This document shows, one piece after another, positions 8,489-16,423 of a DNA stretch of 20,539 nt (its first letter is position 1; each line of letters opens with the position of its first letter). The stretch is from positions 1 through 20,539 of the forward strand of contig WALU01000028.1 in the NCBI GenBank assembly GCA_015522685.1, in the 5' to 3' direction. Source of the DNA: Thermoproteota archaeon (GTDB lineage Archaea; Korarchaeota; Korarchaeia; Korarchaeales; Korarchaeaceae). The translations under genes were made by a program, and so were the position numbers. A model generated the notes under the pieces. That model saw only the letters and a program-made list of their open reading frames with translations. It was not told where the DNA came from and ran no database searches.

Positions 8489-8871
8489 GCCACCCCCTTT
8501 AGGGCTTCAGCTACAGTCTTTCCAGCTAATGTAAGTCTTATTGGATTGCCATCACCGAATTCCACAAGTTTTAGTCTCCTTAGATCTCTCAATGCAAACC
8601 AGAAGGAAGATAAGGGTATATTAAACTCTTCCTTAGCTACTTTCGCCATGGAACTGGCTGAAATCTTTCCATTGAAGCGGAGGGTTAATGAAAGAACAGC
8701 CTTCTGCCTGTGCGTTAACTTAAACAACCCAAATAAAACTAGAGATTCCTTTAAGGAGGTATCAACTATAGATATTGGCGGGACATCGCCTTTAACTCCC
8801 ATTGGCAAGACATCGCCTGAAATTGGTTGGACATCACCACAACCTCCCGTTAGCTGGGTTAATACTGCCAT
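8470..8871 (-). CDS. Winged-helix DNA-binding protein, putative regulator of lysC-asd (start uncertain)
   Basis: C-terminal ~85 aa reads as wHTH: LTHRQKAVL...SASSMAKVAKEEFNIPLSSFWFALRDLRRLKLVEF...IRLTLAGK. Its 3' end overlaps the lysC start. Possible starts are ATG 8871, ATG 8803 or a later TTG. Confidence 0.65.
   Translation of the reverse strand: MAVLTQLTGGCGDVQPISGDVLPMGVKGDVPPISIVDTSLKESLVLFGLFKLTHRQKAVLSLTLRFNGKISASSMAKVAKEEFNIPLSSFWFALRDLRRLKLVEFGDGNPIRLTLAGKTVAEALKGVAWWERG
8766..8834 (-). CDS. Putative 22-aa upstream ORF / leader peptide MSNQFQAMSCQWELKAMSRQYL
   Basis: SD GGAGGT followed by in-frame GTG GTG ATG; stop TAG at 8766-8768. It lies in a different frame from the wHTH ORF. 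Confidence 0.35.
   Translation of the reverse strand: MSNQFQAMSCQWELKAMSRQYL
8774..8838 (-). repeat. Three direct 17-nt repeats, consensus GGYGATGTCYHRCCAAT (minus strand)
   Basis: Plus-strand copies at 8774-8790 attggcgggacatcgcc, 8801-8817 attggcaagacatcgcc and 8822-8838 attggttggacatcacc. Confidence 0.9.
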
Positions 8872-8873
8872 AA

Positions 8874-8886
8874 TTAAAAAGTTAAC
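8874..8886 (-). promoter_or_regulatory. Candidate TATA box (CTTTTTAAT) for the wHTH-lysC-asd unit
   Basis: T/A box about 25 nt upstream of the GGGAGGT leader, flanked by two similar GGCAGT(AT)TAAC motifs. Confidence 0.4.
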
Positions 8887-8971
8887 TGCCCAACCAACAG
8901 TCAAAGTCTCACTAATTAAGTTGAACTACGAACCACCTTTGATATATCTGATCTCTTTCGCTTATTTCATT

Positions 8972-8998
8972 AGAAAAAATTGGGGGAGATTGCCTCCC
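8972..8998 (-). terminator. Possible hairpin plus T-tract terminator
   Basis: Minus strand GGGAG-GCAAT-CTCCC followed by CCAATTTTTTCT. Confidence 0.3.
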
Positions 8999-9570
8999 AT
9001 GAATGGAATATTTCATTCAGTGGATCTCTCATATTCGGAAGATATATAGATCTGATAGGTAGCTTAGGAAGCTAGTATCCTTGGATAGTTAGTATTTAGC
9101 TTTAGCCCAAGTAATTAATTATTACTTTATCTCCTCACAAATCATAAATTTCGATGGTGTGATGTAGCTGAGTATTAAAACTATCAAGTCGACCTCAGAT
9201 ACAGTGAGAGCATTTTTGCACCTATCTCGCGATTCGATGTTGATTGGAGGTTTGATCTATCACCTGATGATCTTAGGGAGAGATAGTTGAGTTTCTTCGC
9301 CTCCATAGTGGCAATAACTACCAGGTTCATATCGATTTGACCAGCTTTAGAGGGCATATATAGTAAATCACTAAGAAGACGGATTTGCTCTATCGCTCAG
9401 AACTCAGGAATAAGGATATATAAGAGGGAGGTGAGAACCCCCCCTCACTCCTACTTAGCTCCAAAATCTCACGCTCGAAAATGCTAAAGATTTCCTTGCA
9501 TAAAGATGTGGGTGATTATATATCTCATTAAGAAGTCTCTTTGAAGAAAGGTAGGATAGTAGGGTGAAAA

Positions 9571-10380
9571 ATGAAAATGAGTGAAGAAAAAATATTCTTT
9601 GAAGTTTCAAGTAAAGGACTAACAATAATAAATGATGATTTTCTTGCAATCACTCTCATACCAGAAAATTCGATTGATCTAATAGTTACTTCACCACCAT
9701 ATAATGTAGATATCCACTATAACTCTTTCAAAGATAATATTTCATATGGAAAATATCTTGGATTCACAAGAGAATGGCTTACTAAGGCTTTAAAATTGAT
9801 AAAACCAGATGGCAGAATGTGTCTGAATATTCCTCTTGATAAAAGTAAAGGAAGGACGGAAGCAGGCTTTCAGAGTGTTTATGTCGATATAGTAAAAATT
9901 GCAAAAGAAGTTGGTTGGAAATACTTCTCAACAATTATATGGCATGAAGGAAATATCTCTAGAAGAACAGCGTGGGGCTCTTGGCTTAGTGCCAAAGCAC
10001 CCTATATAATAGCGCCAGTTGAGATGATCGTCGTTTTTTATAAAAAAAGATGGTCAAAATTAGAGAATGGTATATCGGGCATTACTAAAGGAGAATTTAT
10101 GGAGTGGACTAATGGTGTCTGGGTTTTCTCCGGAGAAAGTAGGAAAAAAGTCGGACATCCAGCACCCTTTCCAGTAGAGCTTCCGAAAAGATGTATCAAA
10201 CTTTTTAGCTTTGTTGGAGATACCGTTCTTGATCCTTTTTTAGGGAGTGGTACAACACTCGTAGCTTGTGCGCTGTTAGATAGGAGAGGTATTGGAGTTG
10301 AAATAGATAGAAAATATTGTGATATTGCTAAAAGGAGAATTATAAAAGAAGGTAACATATTTCAATCGAAATTGTTATAG
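9571..10380 (+). CDS. Beta-class N4-cytosine/N6-adenine DNA methyltransferase (probably m4C)
   Basis: Motif IV TSPPY lies N-terminal and motif I DPFLGSGTT C-terminal (beta order); HPAPFP and NISRRTAWGSWLSA signatures; SD GGGTGA upstream. Confidence 0.92.
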   Translation: MKMSEEKIFFEVSSKGLTIINDDFLAITLIPENSIDLIVTSPPYNVDIHYNSFKDNISYGKYLGFTREWLTKALKLIKPDGRMCLNIPLDKSKGRTEAGFQSVYVDIVKIAKEVGWKYFSTIIWHEGNISRRTAWGSWLSAKAPYIIAPVEMIVVFYKKRWSKLENGISGITKGEFMEWTNGVWVFSGESRKKVGHPAPFPVELPKRCIKLFSFVGDTVLDPFLGSGTTLVACALLDRRGIGVEIDRKYCDIAKRRIIKEGNIFQSKLL

Positions 10381-10397
10381 AGGTAATAGCATGAGAC

Positions 10398-10772
10398 ATG
10401 GATTCAAGTGCAGAGAGGACTTTTGAAATCTCTAAAGAAATGGTTATGATCTAATAGTTAAATAGGTACAGTGGAATCTATTTAAACTACTCAGAATTTT
10501 GATCTTCTTGTAGAGAAAATTTAAAATTTAGGAAGTACATTAGATAAATTTATGTCAGTCAGAGAAAGTAGGAGTCAGGCATGGAAAACTTGTAAAGGTT
10601 CTTTGTACGAATATGCGTATTTTTTTTAAATGCATTCAATAATTGATAATAGAAAACAGAACAAATAACATGATCTTAGTAATAATGGGAGATGAAGCGT
10701 TAATTTAGTACAAGGATCAAATTGCTATTCGTAATTGGAGTAATATTTTTCCTAGATGCTGATATGGTTCTT
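10398..10772 (+). pseudogene. Degraded, truncated type II restriction endonuclease (BsaWI-like)
   Basis: Directly after the MTase, with several stops and frameshifts. Fragments SRSQAWKTCKGSLYEYA and QIAIRNWSNIFP/DADMVL resemble the QSW..xKG...E and PDxD segments of BsaWI-like enzymes. Confidence 0.55.
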
Positions 10773-10916
10773 GCTCCTTCTTTTCTAATAACTTCTCAGA
10801 TAAATAAGCCAGAACAATGCCTATTATCTCAGAATCCCTTTCCTTTGATTGTTCCTTTAAGCTCTTTCTTGATCATTTCCCAAGCTTCATCTGGAATGCT
10901 AGCCAGTATTTCCCAT
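10771..10916 (-). pseudogene. Frameshifted small CopG/ribbon-helix-helix protein
   Basis: Joined frames from ATG 10916: MG/ILASIPDEAWEMIKKELKGTI/KERDSEIIGIVLAYLSEKLLEKKE. Strand-helix-helix pattern with a 'DSEII..IVLAYLSEK' tail. Confidence 0.5.
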
Positions 10917-11180
10917 TATTACCGACAGTAAGTTAACAAAAATCGATATTGGTAACTTTCAATTTTCTTCAGGCAGTGACACTGATGAGCTTATTACTAG
11001 ACCAAGGTTTTAGATCCTATGAAGGTTTTATTCTAAAGAAGGGATCCCTATTGATCAATTTTTGGAATAGAAGGATCTTGATTCAACTGGATGGAGAGAA
11101 AATTCTAAGTATCTGTAGTGCGCGATAGATATATATAGCTTACTTAAGATAATAAGTTTAGTAATCGAATAGGTGAGGCG

Positions 11181-11837
11181 ATGAGAGAAATTGAAGATAT
11201 CTTATACAGGATAGGAAAAGTCGTAGTATCATCCAGAGAGGCTTTTGATACACATATTGCTGAGAAGTATTCTTCAGCATTCCCATTAGCGATTTACATT
11301 TCTGTAAGCTTCGCACTTGGATCTCTCGCCGCTAAGGGTGTAGTGAAATTGATCGGCACAATACCTCTTTACAACTTAGGATGGATATTAGAGCTAATAG
11401 CAGATCTCTCAGGAGTCATTGGAGTTGCAGCATCCCTCGTAAACCTCCTTGTCTATGCCTCTCTCGTTCATATATCTGCGAGGATCGAGGGATATAGGGA
11501 GGGAAGATGGGATGATCTGATTGGATTGATAGCATACTCGAGCCTGCCCTTAGTGTTCCCCATAGCGCTAGCTGCCGTGTCATATTTAGCATCTTGGTTT
11601 TCCCTTCTCATAGCGTCCTTAATCTTAATAATACCTTTCAGCCTTTGGTCTCTTTACCTGATAATCATAGCTACTTCGGTAAATTACGAAATTTCTTTAG
11701 GCCATGCATTAGTAGCATCCATAGTCATACCGCTGATAGTCTACCTGATAGCTGGAATCCTCACAGCCAAGCTGGGAGCCATAGGCCTGATAATAACAAT
11801 TCTAGGACTTGTTGCCCTGTACATATGGAAGAGGTGA
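11181..11837 (+). CDS. Yip1-domain integral membrane protein
   Basis: S.REAF motif followed by five or more hydrophobic helices; LVHISAR..G..G..., IAYSSLP and WSLYLIIIA...Y.IS.GHAL match Yip1 patterns. SD AGGTGAGG. Confidence 0.7.
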   Translation: MREIEDILYRIGKVVVSSREAFDTHIAEKYSSAFPLAIYISVSFALGSLAAKGVVKLIGTIPLYNLGWILELIADLSGVIGVAASLVNLLVYASLVHISARIEGYREGRWDDLIGLIAYSSLPLVFPIALAAVSYLASWFSLLIASLILIIPFSLWSLYLIIIATSVNYEISLGHALVASIVIPLIVYLIAGILTAKLGAIGLIITILGLVALYIWKR

Positions 11838-11842
11838 TATTC

Positions 11843-12517
11843 ATGGAGATGGAGGAAAAAATCGGTGCAATTCTGCTGATACTTCTTGTCTTCTCTCTAG
11901 CGGTATCCCTGATACCAGTGACTGTGAAGCATGAAGCCAAATGGAATCAATGGTTACCTGGACTCTTCACGCAAAAAGGAGTGTTCAGCAGGGAAATCTC
12001 ATCTAAAAGCATTACCTTAATAGTGGATTTTGGACAAATAGATGTTACTAGTGATCCGGGAATCAAGAAGCCTTATGTAAATGTAGAAGGTACAATGCCT
12101 ACTATGGAAAATGGCCATGTAGTGAGAATGGCTGCTGGGCATATGACCCTTCACCTTCCCAATAGTTGGGAGGGAGAACTTAAGGTGAAGGTGGGCATGG
12201 GAGCGCTAGCTCTCAGGGATCCATTTCTCTCCAACTTATCAGTGAATATAGGAATGGGAGAGGTAAAGGGAACCGCTTACTCTTCTGGTAACATGAATAT
12301 TAGGGTAGATAGTGGAAGTGTGAAGCTTACTCTAAATGTACCAAAAGATATACGAGTTCATACGAGGATAAATAGTATTGAGGGATCGCTATACTATAAT
12401 GGGAAGATTGTAGAAGGATCTATGGCAGAGAGAACGTTTGGTGAAGGCAAAAGAATCATAGAAGTTAATATTTACTCCTATTCCGCTGAGGTGGATATTA
12501 GAACTTGGAGGGGCTGA
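11843..12517 (+). CDS. Membrane-anchored DUF4097/Toastrack-like beta-repeat protein
   Basis: True start probably ATG 11843 after SD GAGGTGA, not 11594. N-terminal TM segment, then repeats VDFGQIDV, VGMGALAL, IGMGEVK, VDSGSVKL and SIEGSL. Confidence 0.6.
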   Translation: MEMEEKIGAILLILLVFSLAVSLIPVTVKHEAKWNQWLPGLFTQKGVFSREISSKSITLIVDFGQIDVTSDPGIKKPYVNVEGTMPTMENGHVVRMAAGHMTLHLPNSWEGELKVKVGMGALALRDPFLSNLSVNIGMGEVKGTAYSSGNMNIRVDSGSVKLTLNVPKDIRVHTRINSIEGSLYYNGKIVEGSMAERTFGEGKRIIEVNIYSYSAEVDIRTWRG

Positions 12518-12518
12518 A

Positions 12519-13148
12519 TTGTACGTCAGATCACGAATATACAGAGCAAAGAAGATATTAGATGCCCTTACTAGCGACAGCAAGCTAAGGATACTTAAGA
12601 GATTGCTAGAAGCACCTGCATCAGCCACAGACCTGTCAGAAGAGTTTGGGCTTACTCTGCCCGCAATAACCTCTCATCTTCATGACCTTGAAGAAGCAGG
12701 CCTGATAAGGATTATAGAGAAGAGAAGAGGGAGAGGAAGGCCAGCGAAGCTCTACACGATAACAAGGAGGGAACTCGCCTTAGAAATAGATCTGCAGGCA
12801 TTCCTCGAACTTCCAGATGAAAATGATCTAAAGAGACTCATGGATGAGTATGTTTACAAGAAGACCAGTGGTGGATTGAAGAAAGTCACAATAAGGGATA
12901 TAATGGAGACCCTAAGTGTTAATAGAGCAGTGGCTTCAGTTTTATTCGAGAGGTTTACATCAGATCCTTATCCACTCATAGAGGCAGTCGCTAGTAAGGT
13001 GATGGAAAAACTTGATAGAGAGAAGAGTACTGTAGAGCTTTCAAAAGAGCTTGATATCGAGAGATGGTGGATCTCCAAGGCTGTGGAGCTACTCAGCGAG
13101 AGGGGCCTATTAGAGGTCAAGGCGGGGAGAGTTAAAAGAGTTTCCTAA
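12519..13148 (+). CDS. ArsR-family wHTH transcriptional regulator with additional C-terminal HTH-like segments
   Basis: ALTSDSKLRILKRL...SATDLSEEFGLTLPAITSHLHDLEEAGLI...GRPAKLY. TTG start 1 nt after the upstream stop. Confidence 0.8.
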   Translation: MYVRSRIYRAKKILDALTSDSKLRILKRLLEAPASATDLSEEFGLTLPAITSHLHDLEEAGLIRIIEKRRGRGRPAKLYTITRRELALEIDLQAFLELPDENDLKRLMDEYVYKKTSGGLKKVTIRDIMETLSVNRAVASVLFERFTSDPYPLIEAVASKVMEKLDREKSTVELSKELDIERWWISKAVELLSERGLLEVKAGRVKRVS

Positions 13149-13259
13149 TCCCTCCCACTTTAAGTTAAGCTTCTTCTTGCTAACTGTTCTTACCTTGCTT
13201 TTGTATGGGGATATGATTAAGCTAAAAAATAAGATAGATTGACTTAATTGGGATAAGAG

Positions 13260-14165
13260 ATGGGGGAATATCTCAATAGAATAGAGTTAAGAGACAGAAA
13301 TGGTGATCTAAGGAGGTTGGAGATAAAGTATGTCGAGAGGCCATGGGAGTTCAGACAATTGGTAGATATTCAGGCATCTGCTTGGAAGATGGGAAAAGAC
13401 AGAACTGATGCAACACCCTCTCACGTCCTTAGAGCAGCATCAGATAACTCAGGCATCGTCATTGGCGCTTTTGATCTGGATACGGGTCATATAGTTGGAT
13501 TTGCTTGGGGCTTTCTGGCAAGAGATTCAAAAGGATTGTACCATTACTCTCATCAAAGCGCCATAATTGAGGAACTAAAATACTCTGGATTGGGTTTCAG
13601 GATAAAGCAGACGCAGAGGGAGGTTGCCCTTAGCCAGGGATTAGATAGAGCGAAGTGGACATTTGATCCGCTTCAGGGGTTAAATACTCGCTTTAATTTA
13701 GGTAAGCTGGGAGTCGTAAGCTGGAATTACATCATCAACTATTATGGAGAGATGAACGATGCTATAAATAGAGGATTGAGGTCCGATAGACTCAAGGCAT
13801 GGTGGTTCTTAAATAGTGAGAGAGTGCGAAGAAAAGCCAGAAGGGAACTTAAGTCCCCCAGTCTGCGGGAAGCTTTGGAGGCAGGAGCCGTGAATGTGCT
13901 AGAGTTCGATTCTGATATTCCATCTGGTTTTAGAAAGGTAGATAACGACCTTGTTCTTGTGGAGATCCCTTATAGTGTAAATGAGGCTAGATCTAAGGGA
14001 ATTGCAGACCGATGGAGAGAGTACACTGCGGAAGCAATGATCCATTATATGTCCCTTGGTTACATAGACTTTGAAGCTGTGTATGAGAGGGAATCTAAGA
14101 GAATCTTTCATCTACTATGGAGGAGGCCTTTAGAGGAAATACTGGAAGGAGAATTACCCAAGTAA
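13260..14165 (+). CDS. GNAT-family N-acyltransferase (COG3375-like)
   Basis: YHYSHQSAI, GLGFRIKQTQRE, WTFDPLQGLN..FNLGKLG, YYGEMND.INRGLRSDRL and LVEIP motifs. Confidence 0.8.
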   Translation: MGEYLNRIELRDRNGDLRRLEIKYVERPWEFRQLVDIQASAWKMGKDRTDATPSHVLRAASDNSGIVIGAFDLDTGHIVGFAWGFLARDSKGLYHYSHQSAIIEELKYSGLGFRIKQTQREVALSQGLDRAKWTFDPLQGLNTRFNLGKLGVVSWNYIINYYGEMNDAINRGLRSDRLKAWWFLNSERVRRKARRELKSPSLREALEAGAVNVLEFDSDIPSGFRKVDNDLVLVEIPYSVNEARSKGIADRWREYTAEAMIHYMSLGYIDFEAVYERESKRIFHLLWRRPLEEILEGELPK

Positions 14166-14473
14166 AGGCTGTGAAATTATCTTGATGGAAAATAATACTA
14201 GCTAAGTGGTTAGCCAAAGAGTTTCTAAGAGAAAAGAGAAGATTATTTTAAAGGTTCTGTATCTATGAGGGTAAATTCTGTTACTACAGGGGCTGCTAAA
14301 GAAATATCTAGACTTTACACTACGAGAAGGGCTGGATAGTATAAGTATAGTCTTGTCGAAGATGGAGATTCCAGAGGATATTTGAAGGTTAAAGGGAGAA
14401 TTGAAGCCTCGAAGGAGTAGAAAGACATTAGCAAGGTCAGGATAATACCTTAGATAGAAAGTCGCTATGGACG

Positions 14474-15388
14474 CTAAGAGATCCTTGGATTAATGTATAT
14501 CTCCAAGGCTTGGCCTACAAGCAGTAAGGAGAGAACGCTAAGCGAGATCATGATGCCTGGAGGTATTACCCAATTCCAGAGACCCAGCACCATAGCTTGT
14601 CTTGAGAAGGCGTAGTGCAGCATCATCCCCCAGCTTTTCTGTGTGACGTCTCCAAGACCTAAGAAGCTGAGAGAGGCTTCCATTATTATGTTGCTTGCAG
14701 TCCTGAGTAAAGTTTCTGCCAGTAATATAGGTGATGTATAAGGAAGCAGGTATTTTATCATGATATAGAGGTCGGATGCGCCCAGAGCGCGAATGCTCTC
14801 TACAAAAGGCCTTTTCTTCAGTGAGAGAATTATGCTTCTCACAACTCTTGCAACAGTTGGCCAGCTAGTCAGCGTTATGGCGGTTATTATTAAGAGGAAC
14901 ATATGGTCCCCAAGCCATGTTCCTTTAAGGACTACAGCTAAGAATATAACAAGTAGGAGACTGGGAATTACCATGAAGAGATCTACTATTCTCATCAGGG
15001 CTTCATCCATCATGCCTCCCATGTAGCCGCTGATCGTACCGACAACCATGCCTATGAGCACAGATGATATTGCTGATATCAACCCAACTGCTAGAGATAT
15101 CCTAGCTCCGTAAATGAGCTCGCTTAGAATATCTTGGCCGACATCGTTAGTTCCAAGAGGGTGTCTCCAGCTTGAGGGCTCCAAAGGCTCACCCGTTCTT
15201 GTATAAGGATTGTAGGGAGCTATATAAGGAGCGAACAGGGCCATTGATATGATTGCTGTAAGCAGGATTATACCAATAAAAGCCACTCGATTTCTCCTCA
15301 CTAGAGAAAAAAACTCCTTTATTTCCCTGATTTTTCCCTTTAATCCCTTTCTTTTCAGCTCTCTTATAATTTCCTCTTTTTCTGTCAC
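14474..15388 (-). CDS. dppC: Peptide/nickel ABC transporter permease, DppC/OppC type
   Basis: HPLGTNDVGQDILSELIYGARISL, EAA-like loop FVESIRALGAS, and EASLSFLGLG..SWG. GTG start with SD AGGTGA. Confidence 0.9.
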   Translation of the reverse strand: MTEKEEIIRELKRKGLKGKIREIKEFFSLVRRNRVAFIGIILLTAIISMALFAPYIAPYNPYTRTGEPLEPSSWRHPLGTNDVGQDILSELIYGARISLAVGLISAISSVLIGMVVGTISGYMGGMMDEALMRIVDLFMVIPSLLLVIFLAVVLKGTWLGDHMFLLIITAITLTSWPTVARVVRSIILSLKKRPFVESIRALGASDLYIMIKYLLPYTSPILLAETLLRTASNIIMEASLSFLGLGDVTQKSWGMMLHYAFSRQAMVLGLWNWVIPPGIMISLSVLSLLLVGQALEIYINPRIS

Positions 15389-15399
15389 TATATAGTCAC

Positions 15400-16380
15400 C
15401 TAAGTCGCTCTTATCCTAGGATCCAGTAATCCATACAGCAGATCTGCCACTAGATTAGCCATCAGGACTGTTGCGGTCATTATTAGGAAAGCTCCTTGTA
15501 TAAGGAAGTAATCACTGTTCATTATGGCTTTGAAGATTAGTCTTCCCATCCCCGGGTAACTAAATACTGTCTCGGTAAGTACAGCCCCGTTTATCATGAA
15601 ACCGAATCTGAGAGCTGTGATCGTAACCATTGGAAGCATAGCTACTCTTGCCGCTCTATGCATCACCTTTCCCTCTGCAAGGCCCTTAAGCTCCTCCATC
15701 CAGACGAAGTCCTGACCTAATACCTCAATCATTGAGTTCCTCATGTAAAGTATGTACATACCCACTTCTCTAATGACGAGAACAGTTATTGGTAGAAACG
15801 CGTGCCAGAGAATATCCGCTAGGTAGTTAAGGAATGAGGGAAATTCCTTCGCTGGAGTAACAGAGCCGGCTAGAGGGAATATACCTAGGTAACAGCCAAA
15901 AATCATGAGGAAGATAAGAGCTAGCCAGAAATAGGGAGTACTCCTGAGGAAGAGAGCTAATGATGTCATGGTCATATCGTACTTGGTGCCGTGCCTCCAA
16001 GCAGTCTTTGTCCCGAGATGTATACTGAGGATAGTGGATATTGTTATTGCGGGTAAAAGAAGGAGCAAGGTCCAAGGTAATCTTTCCATTATCACATCAA
16101 TTACGGGTTTTTGATAGTAAAGGGAATAGCCTAGCTCCCCCCTGAAGGTATTGATAAGGAAGATGAAGTATTGCTCATATAACGGCTTGTTTAGCCCATA
16201 GACAGTTTTTATTCTTTCTATCTGCTCAGCTGTTATCCTAGGATCTTCAAAAACAAGGGTACTAAATGGATCGCCAGAAAGTCTTATTATAATGAAAATG
16301 AGAGTTATGGCTGCAATAAATGTTAGGAATACAGCTAAAAATCTTTTTATGAGAAAGGAGAGATAACTGCTCATTTCCAT
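15400..16380 (-). CDS. dppB: Peptide/nickel ABC transporter permease, DppB/OppB type
   Basis: YGLNKPLYEQY, LGYS, RLPWTL, RNSMIEVLGQDFV...KGL, ETVFSYPGMG and DLLYGLLDPRIR. Start probably ATG 16380 or 16374 after GAGGT. Confidence 0.9.
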   Translation of the reverse strand: MEMSSYLSFLIKRFLAVFLTFIAAITLIFIIIRLSGDPFSTLVFEDPRITAEQIERIKTVYGLNKPLYEQYFIFLINTFRGELGYSLYYQKPVIDVIMERLPWTLLLLLPAITISTILSIHLGTKTAWRHGTKYDMTMTSLALFLRSTPYFWLALIFLMIFGCYLGIFPLAGSVTPAKEFPSFLNYLADILWHAFLPITVLVIREVGMYILYMRNSMIEVLGQDFVWMEELKGLAEGKVMHRAARVAMLPMVTITALRFGFMINGAVLTETVFSYPGMGRLIFKAIMNSDYFLIQGAFLIMTATVLMANLVADLLYGLLDPRIRAT

Positions 16381-16423
16381 GACCTCAGCTAATTTTCTAA
16401 CCAAAAGGAGGAGATATGAAGAA

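Noticed and set aside
8774-8838. Mini-CRISPR interpretation of the 17-nt repeats
   Set aside because: Repeats are too short, spacers are only 4 and 10 nt, and there are no cas genes.
10679-10922. 12-bp inverted repeat GTAATAATGGGA (10679-10690 / 10911-10922) as MITE ends
   Set aside because: No target-site duplication, and both arms fall within or at the start of separate pseudogene reading frames; probably chance.
9455-10931. ORFs 9455..9649 (-) and 10722..10931 (+) as real genes
   Set aside because: The first overlaps the MTase start on the opposite strand. The second spans two pseudogene remnants and has no coherent homology.
11594-11842. N-terminal extension of the 307-aa ORF
   Set aside because: It overlaps the Yip1 gene; the SD GAGGTGA points to ATG 11843.
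14170-14470. Possible AbrB-like antitoxin remnant (LREGLDSISIVLSKMEIPEDI*RLKGELK)
   Set aside because: Similarity is too weak and fragmented to call without a search.
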